Positions 1 through 20,544 are shown, counted from the whole stretch's first letter. The stretch is DNA of 63,743 bases, filler included, from Reclinomonas americana ATCC 50394 (GCA_048213135.1; 4 parts of 2 records of this genome joined end to end with filler, not necessarily neighbours in it); one strand, 5' to 3'. Numbers and translations: made by a program. Notes: generated from the letters alone by a model not told the origin.

Positions 1-495
1 TATCTCTCCTCTCTCCTCTCTCTCCTCTCTGTTTTCTCTGTTCTCTGCTCTCCTTTTCTCTTCGTTCTCTCTGTTCAATCTGTCCTGTTCTCTCCTGTTA
101 TTTCTGTTCTCTCTGTTATCCCCGTTCTCTCCTGTTCTCTTGTTCTCTCTGTTCTCTCTGTTCTATCTTGTTCTCTGTTCTCTCCTGTTCTCTCTCCTAT
201 CTCCTCTCTGTTCTCTCATGTTCTCTCCTATTTTCTCCTGTTCTCTCCTGTTCTCTCTCGCTCTGTTCTCTGTTCTTTCTGTTCTCTCTGTTCTCTCGCT
301 CTATCACTGCATCTTCTTTGAGCGATGCTATCTGTCGTGAAGGAATGCAACTGATGACAACCAGTCTTTTCCAGCCTCATTCTTTTGCAGCGAGAGAGGA
401 AGCGGGGTTATGTGATGCTTAAAAGAGGAAAATTTAACGAGCAACTGACTGTGCTCCTTTCCCAATTCCCCCTCCCCCCTTCCCCTTTCCTGCAG

Positions 496-3400
496 ACTAC
501 CACCACCCCCCACCCATCGTCCGCCAAACGGAGCGCAAGGCGCACACTCGCTCGCAGCGCCGCGATCCAGTCTCCGCCTGGTCACTGAACAACCCCGACC
601 GCCCCTTCCACTGGTTTGTGCGCGAGGGTGAAATGTCGGCTGGGCGGCCGCCGAATCCGCTGCTGGCGTGCCGTGGTGATTTTGACGTGGACTACAACGC
701 CAAGATCGAGTCGGTGAAGCAGTGGGTGGAGCAGAATGCGGATTTCCCGCAGGCTGGTCTGTGTGCGGATAATTATCGCATGTCGGTGGCGCCGCCGGAG
801 CGCATGTGGAATAAGAGTATGATTGCGAAGGAGAAGATGCAGTACATCAAGGTGAGCAGAGAGGGAAAGGGAGGAGAGAGGAAAGGGAGGGAGAGGGAGG
901 AGAGGGAACTTGGATCGCCGGTCGTCTTATTGTGTTGCATCTCGTGCTCAGAACTCGCTGCTTCGCGACCTCGGACTCGCCACGTGGCGTCGCCTCACTT
1001 TCTGGACGACGCTGCTCATCTTCTTGGTGGTCGGCTGGTTGCGCTACGTGCCGCACTACTTTGGCACGTGGCTGTACTTGAACATGTTTGGCGTCAGTCT
1101 GCGCAGTCAGGTTTGTTAGTGGAAAGGCGTGGGTGTGGAAGGAGAAGTCTCTGTGTGTATTCGCAAAGGGTTGCTTTGTATTTGTGTGAGATTGACTTTA
1201 TGGCAGCGAGTGTCTATATGTGTTTATGCATGTGTTCGTGGGCTTCATCGTTGCGGATTGCGTGTGTTCCAGTGTTAATGAGAGCGAGCGCGCGTTCCCT
1301 TTGTGTGTTTGTGTTGTGCTGTTGGTCGTTGTCTGATGAGAGCGTGCATTTTGTTGTGCTTAATGTGGGCGATGAGTGTGTATGTCCTCCTCCTTGTCTC
1401 CTGTCCCCTCTCGTTGCTGATTTTCTTGCATGTCTCCTTCTCCACTCTCGTTTCTTGTCCTTCTCCTGGCTTTTTTCTCTTTCTTCATGTGCGTTCGTAT
1501 CGTTTCTGCAGTTGAGATTGCTTGCATCGCTTTTCTTGAGAGTGCGAGACCTTGTGTCTGGCGTTGTGTCTGAGCGAGAGTGTGTTCTTTCTGTGTTTGT
1601 TTCTGTAAGTATGTCTGTGTCTGTGAGTGGGACGCCGTTCTTGCTCGTGTTTGTGTGTTGATCCATCGTATTCCCCCTTCACCTCCACTCACGACACCCT
1701 TCTCCCTTCCACAGACATGGACGTTCTACACTGTGCGCTTCGAGTACCAGGGCACGCAGTACACACCCGGCTTCGAGGTCGGCTCCACCATCTTTGGCAC
1801 ATTATTCCTGGTCGTCCTCTTTTTCGTGCTGGTGCTGCTCGCCTGGGTCGCCCAGCTGCTGTTCCACTACTTTTCACCGTTCCTGTCGCGCGTGCTTTTC
1901 GCACTGGGAGTTGGTTGCGTGCAGAATGAGGACTAACTCACTGAATTCTTGTCGCTCACGTTCCGTGCTTGCGTGCAGCTTGCGTTCTCGACCCCATCCT
2001 CATTACGATTGTGGATGCCGCGCTCAATTACTGGGAGGGAGAGCCGTCGCGCTTGTTTAATTATTATCAGAGTGAGTCGACACACTCCTCATTCCTTTGT
2101 GTGTTGAAGTGCTCACTCTCGCTGCGTGCAGCCAATGAGGGCAATGGAGCCATTGGTCTCCTGTTGACCGTGTTTTTATACGTTCAAGTCATGTTTATCG
2201 CGGCATTGGTGTTGTATCAGGTTTGTGTCATAGTTCGCTGACTGCATGCACCCCTCCACTCACTTCTCCCCTTCGCCAGTACTCGTTGAGCTTCCACATG
2301 AACGGGCGCATGATGGATGTGTACCGACGGCTGCACGCGCCGGAGGAGGAGTTCTTCTTGCCGCACGATTTGGAGGTGTCTAACGAGCAGTTGACGCATT
2401 TGTGCGAAAAGGCGGCGATGTGGAGGGGGCAGAATGGGGCGTGGCGGAAGGTGAGGCAGATGGGGAGCAGAAAGAGAGGGAAAGAGAGTGGAAGCGCGGA
2501 AAAGGGGAAGGGAAGGAGAGGGAGCGGAAAGAGAGGGAAATGGAGTGGAAATTCGGGGAAAGGAGAAGGGAAGGAGAGGAGCAGAATGAGAGCGAAAGAG
2601 AGTGGAAGCGCGGAAAAGGAGAAGGGATGGAGAGAGAGGGAAAGAAAGTGGAAAAATGGGTAAGGATAAGGGAAGGAGAGGGAGCAGAGAGAGAGTGAGG
2701 GAAAGGGAGTGGAAGCGCGGAAAGGAAAAGGGATGGGGAGGGGAGCAGAGAGAGGGAAAGAGAGTGGAAACACGGAAAAGGAGAAGGGGAGGAGAGGAGC
2801 AGAATGAGAGGGAAATGGAGTGGAAACACGGGATTGGAGCAGGGGAGGAGAGGAGCAGAGAGAGAGAGAGGGAAAGAGAGTGGAAACACGGAAAAGGAGA
2901 GTGAGCGAGAGGCGGCGGGCGAGAACCGGGGAAGACAGTGTTGAGAAGCAGGTTAGATAACGAGAAAGCGAGGATCATGGAGGGAGATTAAGAGAGATTG
3001 AAGCAGCGGTGAGGCAGAACGATACGCGCAGCGTGAGCAGTGAAGTTACAAACATGGATGAGGGAGGAAGTTTGCTTTCCATGCGATTTCTCGAAGTTGC
3101 ATGTCATCTCATCCCTTTCCTCTTCCCCAGGTGGTGGTCTGGCCATACGCCGAGCTGGAGATTGTGCCCTTCCTCGAGCGTCTGCATTTGCTGCTGGAGG
3201 CCGACTGGGCGATTGACTTTTGGTCGCGCGTGCCACTCGTCAACTTCCGCATCAACTCGGATGTGGCGACGTTTGCACGCAAGCATCTGCGTGGGTTCTT
3301 GGAGGCGGAGGTTTGCTGGGGGAAAGGCTCTCTTTACTGCGCGGCGACATGCATCTCTCTCTCTATCTCTCTCTTTGCCTTCGCATCTCTTGCCTTCCAT

Positions 3401-3513
3401 CTTCCATTCGATGTCTGCGTCCTTTCTCCGCAACGTTCTCATTCTTCTCTATTTCTTCTTCAATATTTCCTCTCTGTGTGATCTCTGTTCTTCACCCGCC
3501 CACCGTCACTCAC

Positions 3514-3549
<36 letters not shown>

Positions 3550-6058
3550 CTTTCTCTTGCCCATGTCTCTCCGGCTTCTTCTCTCCCGAGTCCCTGTCTC
3601 TCTAGTTCTCTCTCCTTTGTCCCTGTCTCTCCAGTTTCTCGAATCCGTCTCTGTCTCTCTAATTCTCTCTTCCGAGTCTCCATCTCTCTGGTTTCTCTCA
3701 CCCGAGTCCCTGTCTCACTGTCTGCCTCTTCCTTGTCTTCCGTATTTCTTTATCACATTCCTCTCTTTCTCTCTTCTCTCTCACTCTCCTCGCCCTATGT
3801 TCATGCCACTCCCTATTCCATCTCACTTCAACCTCCCTCCTCTCTCTCTCTCTCTCTTTTCTCCCTTTCCCATTCTCTCCCTTCCCACTCACTCCCTCCT
3901 GTTGCAGCAATTCGGTCTGATCACCGAGGAGCTCATTCGACGCACGCTGCTGCTGTATTTCATGGCGCGCTGCTCGAAGGACCCGGCCGACGGCCAGCAC
4001 TTGCTGGCGGACGACGAGTCGGACGACGAGGAGATGACGCCGGAGACGTGGAGCAAGCGTGTGCGCTCGGTGCAGGCGGTGCGTTGTTCGTGAAGCTGTG
4101 CATGTCGAGAGTGTTGCTGAATGCGTGTGCAGCTGGGACACATTGACCTCGCTCTTGACGACCTCACCGTGTCGGGCAAGGACAACGAAGACGACGACGA
4201 CATGGAGGTGGGGTCGCTGCGATCGCCGCTGAGCCTGGTCAGTGACTCGCCCGCCAGCCGCCCGGGAAGTCGCGCGCTGCCGCGCAAGAGGTGAGTGTGA
4301 CGATTGTCCTGCGTGCGTGCCAGTGATCTCACTCAGTGATACGCAGTGCCAAGCGTCCGTTCTCCGGCGCGGGTCGACGACGCAGTTGCGTGTGGCAGCC
4401 TCGTAATCTTTTGAATGCACTTCGCTGACTCTTAGTCGCAGATGTGGTGACCGAAGAGCACGACGCCAATGTGCCGGAGGTGCCGCGGGAGTTTGCTGTC
4501 GACGAGCGGCAGGTGGCGGCGCAAAAGCCGGCGGTGTGGATCAATGAGCAGCAGAGGCAGTTGGATTACAATCTGGCGGTGCTGGAAGAGTTGGATCAGG
4601 ATCAGAGGGCGGCGGCGGATAGGATTCTCGAAGGTTCGCCGATAGGGGAAGGGCGGAGGGGGGAAGAGAGAGAGAAGTGGGAGAGGGAAAATTGGAAGGG
4701 ATAGAGAGAGCGTGAAGGAAGAGAGTAAGGGAAAGGAGATTTTTAGGAAGAGAACAGGGCAGAGAACAGTGGAAAAAACGAGGGAAGAGAAGGGACTACA
4801 AATGGGAACCGACGACGAAAGACAAGTTGGGTTGTGAGAAGAGTGGAGGAAAGGACTGGAGAGAAGTACACAGCGAGAGGATAAGACTGTGGACAAGAAA
4901 AATGAGAAATGATGAGTGGGCAACTGCCCAGATTTGTTTGCGTTTACGCGCGAGCGTGTCAGAATGTGCAGTAGTGAGTGATTCTCCAGAAAGGCAGGAT
5001 GAGGGGTGAGGAGAGAGTCAAGTATATCATCTGTTGCGGCTGTGAAACACCGACTGGTGATATAGAAAGAGCAGAGTTACAGAGAGAGAGAGAGGAGGGT
5101 GAGTGAGAGAGAGCACGACAACTGGAGGAGAGGGTCAAGTACAAGACATTGTGCGTGCGATATCAGAGTGTATCTGCATTGGAGTGAAGCGCAAAGAGAT
5201 AAAGTGATGTTGAGATACAGAACTGGCATAAGTGCGAGTGCAATCTGTTGCGTGTGTGGTAGACTGGTGTTGATACAGACAAAGAGAGAGAATGAAAGAG
5301 TGGACACAAACAACTGCAATAGAGGAGGCAGAGAAGGACATCACACACGATGAGAAAAAAGGGAACTAAATGTGTGTCAAGAGAGGACGATGATGCAGAG
5401 CTGAGAGAGCTTAATTGATTCACAGTTGAGTGACTGGTTCTATGCCCTTATCTCACTGACTTCTCTCTCACAGAGAACATTGCCGGCGTCTTTGAGATCC
5501 GTGACCCGCAGCTCCTCGCCGACGTGTTGTTCTGGGAGATCAACGACCGCCACGAGCGCTTCGTGCTGCTGTTCCAGATGCTGAAAAAGTACAAGTTCCG
5601 CTCGGTGTGGCAGCCGTTTTCGAGCCGCGAGGTATCTTGTCCTTCAATCTCCTCTCTTCCGTCCTCCTCTTCTCGCTCACTCTCTCTGGTTGCACACAGT
5701 CGACCGACAGCTTCCAAACTGGCGACGTGACGGGCCCAACGGGCGCCGGGTTCTTTATGCGCGAGGACGGCAAGTTTACGCAGGATGAGCGCAAGAAGAG
5801 CATCAGTTTGGACAGTGTGGATGACAAGAAGCCGCGGGAGTGTCTGGCGTTCCACATTATTCTGTTTACGCAGACGCTGGACTTTGAGAAGGAGGTTTGT
5901 GGAAAGGGAAGGGGGGAGAAGGGGGAGGGAAAGTGAGGGAAAGTGAGGGAAAGGAGGTTTGTGGAAGAGGTAAAGGGAGAAAAGGGGAGGGGAAGGGATA
6001 GGGGGAGCAGGGAAAGAGACAGACGAGGATAATGTGACTGGCAGTCAGGTAGACAGTG

Positions 6059-6102
<44 letters not shown>

Positions 6103-7456
6103 TGCACAGGCATTTAGAGAGCGAGCGAAAGACAGGGGCATAGAAGACAAGAAAGAGAATGGAAAGGAAGGCGGACGGACGGTTAGAGAGAGACTGTGTG
6201 TAATCAATGTTTGAAGTGGAGATTGATGATGTCCTCTTGCTGACGGTGGCTCGATGACGACCCTTTGTCACTGTCGTTTTTTTCCCGGTAGATGGCCGTG
6301 GAAGTCTCGTGCTGTCTTTATGTCTTTCTCATTTTTACTTTTTGAGAGAAATAGAAACAAGAAAAGAGAGAGAGAAAGATGGAGAGAGTTGGAGAACGAA
6401 CTGGTAAGCGGGAGAGAGCGAGGGAGAGAAAAGGTAATCTAGAGAGGAAAAATGAGATCGCGAAAAAGTAAGAACAGCAGAGCATGAGAGAAAGAAAAAA
6501 GTGGAATCAGTGAGAGTGAAAGCACGAGCGATAGACAAGGAGAAAGTGGGAGAGGACGTCAGACAACAAGACGGGCAGGGGAAAGAGAGGGATGATACGC
6601 AAGACAAAAGCCTGACAGGGAGAAAGAGTATGGCGACACAAAATGATCCTGACAGGCGATTTAGAGAGCTGTGTGCGCGTGTGTTTGATGACGAGGTCGA
6701 CGGTGGCCACTTGTTAACATTGGCCCGTTTGATGATCTTGTTCCCTGTCTTCGGTCTCGCCTTGGATTGCATTGAGTGCGTGACAATCATGTGTCTCCAT
6801 GTCTCTTTTATTTTGGTTGTTTTATGAGAGAGAGAGAGAGGAGGGAGAGGGAGAGAGTGAGAAACAAGACAGAGAGAGAGAGAGAGAGAGAGAACAGAGA
6901 GAGATTCCCTGCACACTGAGAGCGGCGACGAATGAGAGCGCAGACAGTAAGAGGGACTTTCTGAATGGCGATGTCCCCTTGCAGACAGAGACATCTCGTT
7001 CTCGCACAGAGTGCAATCTGTCGTGACATTCATGTTGTCTCCATGTCGCTTCCATTTTGGTTGTTTTATGAGAGAGAGAGAGGGAGGGAGGGAGAGAGAG
7101 AAATAAAGAATGACAGTGAGAAAGAGAAAGAACGAGTGACAGAACGAGCTGGAGTCTCTCTCCATCCTTTCCCTCACCCTTCTCCCCGTCTCACACCTCC
7201 CCCTCCCCCCACGCAGCTCTACCGCCACTTTATCCGCGGCCCGGACGGCGCGATCGCCGAGGTGTTCACGGAGGACGACTACTCGTCGCCGGAGAACTTC
7301 CGCCGTAGCATTCAGGCCTGGTCGAACCGCTCGATCGAGCACTGGATCCACAAGGTGGCGCCGTTTATGGTGCACCTCATTCGCGAGCTGGAGAATCAGC
7401 AGCTGCTGCCCGACGATGTGAAGGTGGCGGTGTCGAATGTGACGGAGGAGGACTAA
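496..7456 (+). CDS. OFCC1/ojoplano-like multi-pass membrane protein, 5'-partial, about 13 exons
   Basis: GT-AG exons at approx 496-851, 952-1110, 1715-1913, 1979-2071, 2132-2220, 2280-2450, 3131-3310, 3909-4078, 4134-4289, 4442-4634, 5473-5631, 5699-5894, 7218-7456. The protein has several hydrophobic helices, then HMNGRMMDVYRRLHAPEEEFFLPHDLEVS..KAAMWRGQNGAWRKV and a terminal LYRHFIRGPDGAIAEVF, which I recognise as OFCC1-family motifs. Confidence 0.7.
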
Positions 7457-7613
7457 AAGGAGGGGAAAATTACTGTGAAAAATAACTCGTGTTTGCAAAC
7501 AATGTAGATGTTGTTGTTCAAGTTGATTTCACTATTGGTTCCTGTTTTTTTTTCTCGCTCAGATGGTGAAGAGGAAGAAGAGAGTGTTCATGAGAGGGGG
7601 GGGGGGATCATCA

Positions 7614-15480
<7,867 letters not shown>

Positions 15481-15953
15481 GGGGGGTGGTGAGAGTGGGG
15501 GGAGGGTGAGAGACAGGGGGGGAGTAAGAAAATGTCCTGTGGTGATGCATGAACGTCGCGAGAGACAACTTCGTTGAGGGGAGCAGCAAGACGACTCGCA
15601 TGGTCGCTTATTGCAACTGTAGCGTCGTTTTGTGAGAGCAATGATGTCGCGAGCCTAGCAATCATCACCAACGTATCTCTCAACAAGCACGTGCACGCGC
15701 GCGCGCGTACGTGCGCGCGAGCGAGAGAGGTTTGTGCGTTAAATGCAAAGATAATTGGAGGTTTGATACTGGAGACTTGTGGAGTGCGCGTAACAGCCGA
15801 GCGATCGCAAAGCGACAAAGCGCTTCGACAAGGGATACGTTCATTGTCGAATTATTTGTGGGCTTTTGTCGCATTGTTGGAAGGAGGCGAATGAAGTGTT
15901 TGTTTGCTTTCATCATGGCAAACCTCTCTATTTCGACAGGGATGTGGTGACGT

Positions 15954-18900
15954 TTACCCAAACAGAGTGTCGGAGAAATCTAGCAAAAAGGAACCAAAGA
16001 CGCGCTCAACCAAGTCTCCCTGTCGAACAAGGTACATCGCCTTATCTAATGCAGCAATGGCGAAGTCGTATGACTTGACTGCAGCGCGGGTTGTGCCGGT
16101 AAAGTCGTTTAGTGCGTCTAGCGGCACTTCTTCTCCACTTGCGAGGGACCACACACGCACGACATCATCACTACTCGCACTTACAATGTGCTGTCCGTCA
16201 GAAGAGATTGCGACTGACCATACATCTGCTACATGGCCTTCCAAGAGAAGGATTTCTTCACCAGTTGCCGTGGACCATACTCGCACGGTCTTGTCTCTAC
16301 TCCCACTCACAATTAATTCACTGCCCGGAGCAACGACGACCGACAATACCCTCTCAGTGTGTCCTTCCAACCGTCTTACTTCTTCTCCACTCGCCGCTGA
16401 CCACTTTCGGACTGTATAATCGTCACTCCCACTCATTATGTGCAGACCATCCGGAGCAACCGCGACAGAGAACACACCCCCAGTATGTCCCACCAGTCGT
16501 CGCACTTCATTTCCACTCGCCAGTGACCATATTCGCACAGTATCGTCATCGCTCCCACTGATTACGTTCTCACCATCGGGAGTGACGGCGACAGAATTCA
16601 CCCATCTCGTGTGTCCTTCAAATCGTCGCACCTCCTCACCACTCGCCAGTGACCACAATCGAACCGTTTTGTCAACACTACCGCTCACTACGTGCTTACC
16701 ACTGGGAGTGACTGTGACGGAAACAATGAAGCCAGTGTGCCCCACCATCTGTCGCACTTCTTCGCCATTCAACAGAGACCAAACTCGCACTGTCTTGTCA
16801 TCACTTCCACTCACGATGTGCTGACCATCAGGCGTGACGGTGGTAGACGTCACAACTCCAGTGTGCCCCTCCAACAGTCGCACATCTTCTCCAGTCGCCA
16901 GTGACCAAACACGAACTTGCATGTCTTCGCTCCCGCTGACTACGCGTTGACCATCCGGAGTGACAGCAACAGAACGCACAAATCCGGAGTGTCCCTCCAA
17001 CTGTCTCACTTTTTCTCCACTCGCCAGTGACCACACTCGCACAGTCTTGTCCGCACTCCCGCTCACAACATGTAGACCATCGGGTGTGATGGCGACAGAC
17101 AGAACCCACCCAGTGTGTCCTTCCAGCCTTGTCATTTCCTTTCCGCTCGTCAACGACCACACACGAACTGTCTCGTCATAGCTGCCGCTCACAACGTGCT
17201 GACCGTCGGGAGTGACGGCGACAGCATGCACCTCTCCAGTGTGTCCCACTATTGGCTTCCTCGGCCACTTCACCCCCGTCACATCCGCCCCCCTGAAATC
17301 CGCCTCCCTTGCAAACGCCATGCACACATTCACCCCCTGCAAGTCTGCTCCCCTCCACACCGTCCTGTGCATCACCGCATCCCTCAAATCCGCACCCCTC
17401 ACTCGCACACCCGACAGATCTCGCCCACTGAACGACACTTGTGCCACACACAACACCGTCGCTGCATTCGCCGCTGCTGTCACCACTCGCTCCTCATCCA
17501 CCTCGCGTGACAGCTCAATCACCTCCCACAATCTCGCTTGCAACGCAGGAGATCGTCGCACCACCTCGGCCATCTGCTCCACCAGCGATGGTCGATCATT
17601 AAGCAGTCGCACTGCCAGCACATGCTGCTGCACATCCTCGATTGCCAGCTTCCTTCCCTCCTCCCACGTCTCCCACACAAAAACATGGCGTGCAACGCAG
17701 TGCTCCAGTAACGAAACGTGCACGAATCCCCACTGGTCTGTCCCGTACCGTCGCACAATCGGACAGCACACTCGCACATGCTGGTTCTTGTGGCCAAGGA
17801 ACTTGTCAAATGGCCCGTCCTCTGCTCTCGCAGCTGGCGACGAAGGAGCACCGCCAAAGTCATCCTCCTCCCCAACCTCACCTGATCGACTCTCCGTCAC
17901 AGACACACGCACCACATTTCTCTCATGCATCAACCGTGCCAGTCCCTCACAGAATGCTAGACACGTCTCCTCCTTCGGCACACGCTCTGCACCAAGACGT
18001 GTCTGCCTCTCCTGCTCCCTCACAATCCACTGTCGAATGAATCGGTCAAACACGTCACACCGAGTCGGTCGCTGCACTCCACTCGCCACCAATTGCGGCA
18101 GCACACGAGCCACCACTGCCAACATGAATGGATTCGACACCAGTGCATCCAGTCCATGCACACTCTTCAGTCCACGATTGTACTCCTCGGCAGTCGACCA
18201 CCGTAATTCGCTGCAACTACCGTCAACACTGCCAACAAGCACCAGTCGCTCAAAGTACTCCTCAATCTGTTCTGCGCTGAACGGTGCAATGTGCCGCTCC
18301 ACCAGCTGATGCATGCTTAACTGTCCTCGTGTATCCATAGATGCAAAATACCGTCGACATTGCGTATCACCACCGAGAACTGTGAGCGCATAATCACCTC
18401 GACAAGTGATAATCACCTTCACATCGCGACACATATCAAGCTGGTTCTTGACGAAGAGATTCACACCACGATACAACTCGTCGTACCCGTCGAGTAACAA
18501 CAGCAGCGGTTCCTCCTTCAACCGTCGCACGTCCGCCTCACTGAATCCCAACTCGGGTGACAGTCGCTCCAGTGCCTCCTCCAACAATCGCTCCTCGGCA
18601 TTGCGCAGAGCACCCAGTGGCACACGAATAGGAACCCGTCGTCCGTATCCTCGTGACTGTCGTTCTTTCCATGCATGCGCAGCCAGCACCGACATGGTGG
18701 TGGTCTTGCCGGCTCCACTGCTACCAAATAGCACCAACACACGATGGGTGGTGTTGGCGTCGGAGAGGAAAGTATTCACCTCCGCCAACAATTCCGTCAT
18801 TTTGTCTCTCGAAGAGACGTCGCTCTCAGGTGAGCACAGCAGTGGCACATACATCTGCATGTCCTTGCGCACACTTTCGTCACGCTGATAGAACAAGTCC

Positions 18901-20118
18901 TCACGCAGAGCCAGTCGATGAAGCCGCTCCTCGAATGTGCTGATGACGTGCTGAACGAAACGCGCTTCCGATATGCGAGTGGAGAATTGCGCACGTTCGT
19001 CAGCCGTTAGCTGCAGTCGAGCGAGTATAGAGAGAAAGACACCACCGTCACCGAGGTACTCTTGCACACTGGTCTCAGTCAACGCCGACGACCCGTGCAC
19101 CAACTCGTTACGCACCTGGCGTATCTCTTCCAGCGCATTGCGTTCTTCAACATCGTCAATCAGCAGCAGTGTGCGACCGTCATCACGCACAAGGCCACCG
19201 AATAGCAGGATCGACACCAAGGCCGTCACATCGAATGTATCACACGAAGGATCGGAGGTGGGGTCGGCATCGAAAGCAGACTTCCAGTTGAGCATGTGCT
19301 GCTGCTGCTGTGCATACAACTTGACGCGACCGGGGGCGAGTGGTGCATGCCGCTCGTACCACTCCCGGATCATCAACGGATGCCAGAACAACGGAGGCGT
19401 CCACACGTCAGGAGTCCAAGCCCGCACATCAAAGTTCGGATGATCACGGCACATTTGCGCAAGTGATCGGCGACACCGAAGACGCATGGTGTCGGTCACC
19501 GTATCCATCGCCACTTCGATACGATTCGAGTGGACCATTCTGCACAGACCGCAACGCAGAGAGAGAGAGAGAGAGAGATATGAACACAATTGACATCGGA
19601 TGGAACAAAGTTTTCTGTCGCAGACGACAAACCGCTCTGACCATGACGATGTCCTGATCGGCGAGAACGCACGCGCGTGAGCTCAACACGTCGAAGCACG
19701 AACCAAGTGTTGCACTTAAATTACCTCGTGACTTCGCCCGCAGACGCAGCAGACGCAGCAGGTGACATGGTCATCCGCACCACCACTGGCGTACTCGCCT
19801 TGATGCCCAGACTGCGCAGCTTCGCTCCGCTCATGTCTCCCAAGTCGAACTCAGCCGGCCTCTCTACTCCAACAATCTCTATACACGCATCTCCACTCCT
19901 GTCGCACAGCAAGCGGGTGGCCTCGCGCAGCAAGTCCGCGAGAGTGGACAGGGCCGTCAAGCCCTCCACAAACACCGCGAGAGCCGAATCATGAGCCGCA
20001 CTCACGTGCACAGAGAACTACGTCATACGTACACAAAGACAAAACGGCGGTCAATTAAACGTAGCGAGAGAGTCACTATTTATCCGCGCATGATTATGCG
20101 ACATGCGCTCACCGACAT
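15954..20118 (-). CDS. NLR-like STAND protein: ubiquitin-like + HEPN + NACHT + pentapeptide repeat + 9 WD40 repeats (about 1301 aa)
   Basis: Phase-consistent exons 20118-20113 (ATG TCG), 20017-19725, 19653-19633 and 19539-15954, all GT-AG. HEPN-like FDVTALVSIL...EEIRQVRNELVH (RxxxxH); Walker A GSSGAGKTT; NACHT Walker B LLLLLDGYDE; KVIITCR; NPFMLAVV; winged-helix FVHVSLLEH; AAANAATVL followed by pentapeptide repeats; nine 42-aa GH...W repeats. Confidence 0.88.
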
Positions 20119-20544
20119 TTTTGAGTTCTCTTCTCACACACTCTCCAGCAGCGCACGGCAGCTGCTTAAGGTTCTCACAAAATCAACACACACGGCCGAT
20201 CTCTTCTCGTGTTGCGACACGCGATCCTCCAAGTCGTGCGTGTGATCGCGACGTCGTCGGTGATCTCGCGTGTGACAGGACGTTCGACGGTCTCAATCAC
20301 CGCGCAAACTTGCTCATCTTCTCCGCTCCCCTCTCTCTCTTCCTCCCCACTTCATGTATCCCGCGACACGTGCTGGATATAATGACGCTGCGCATGTGGT
20401 CACAGTTGACCGCGAGAGACGTCGACGTTGACAAGAACTCGACGTCGCGATCGCCAATTTGGCGATCACTGGTTGTGCTGACGTCGTTGTGCTCACTGTT
20501 GTGCATAGATTAGTGAAGTTTTTATTATAATTATTGCCCCTCCT

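Noticed and set aside
345-452. Possible intronic box C/D snoRNA (TGATGA at about 352, CTGA at about 445)
   Set aside because: Box C lacks the leading purine, there is no convincing terminal stem, and I could not recognise an rRNA-complementary guide.
2217-2978. Long Leu/Ser/Pro- or Arg/Glu-rich ORFs here and at 6335-7498, 36942-39158, 40937-42457, 51987-53484, 56187-57249
   Set aside because: These are stop-free translations of GA/CT microsatellite introns, or read-through between real exons.
17212-18309. 365-aa antisense ORF opposite the NACHT gene
   Set aside because: Shadow ORF caused by codon bias of the minus-strand gene; it has no motif content.
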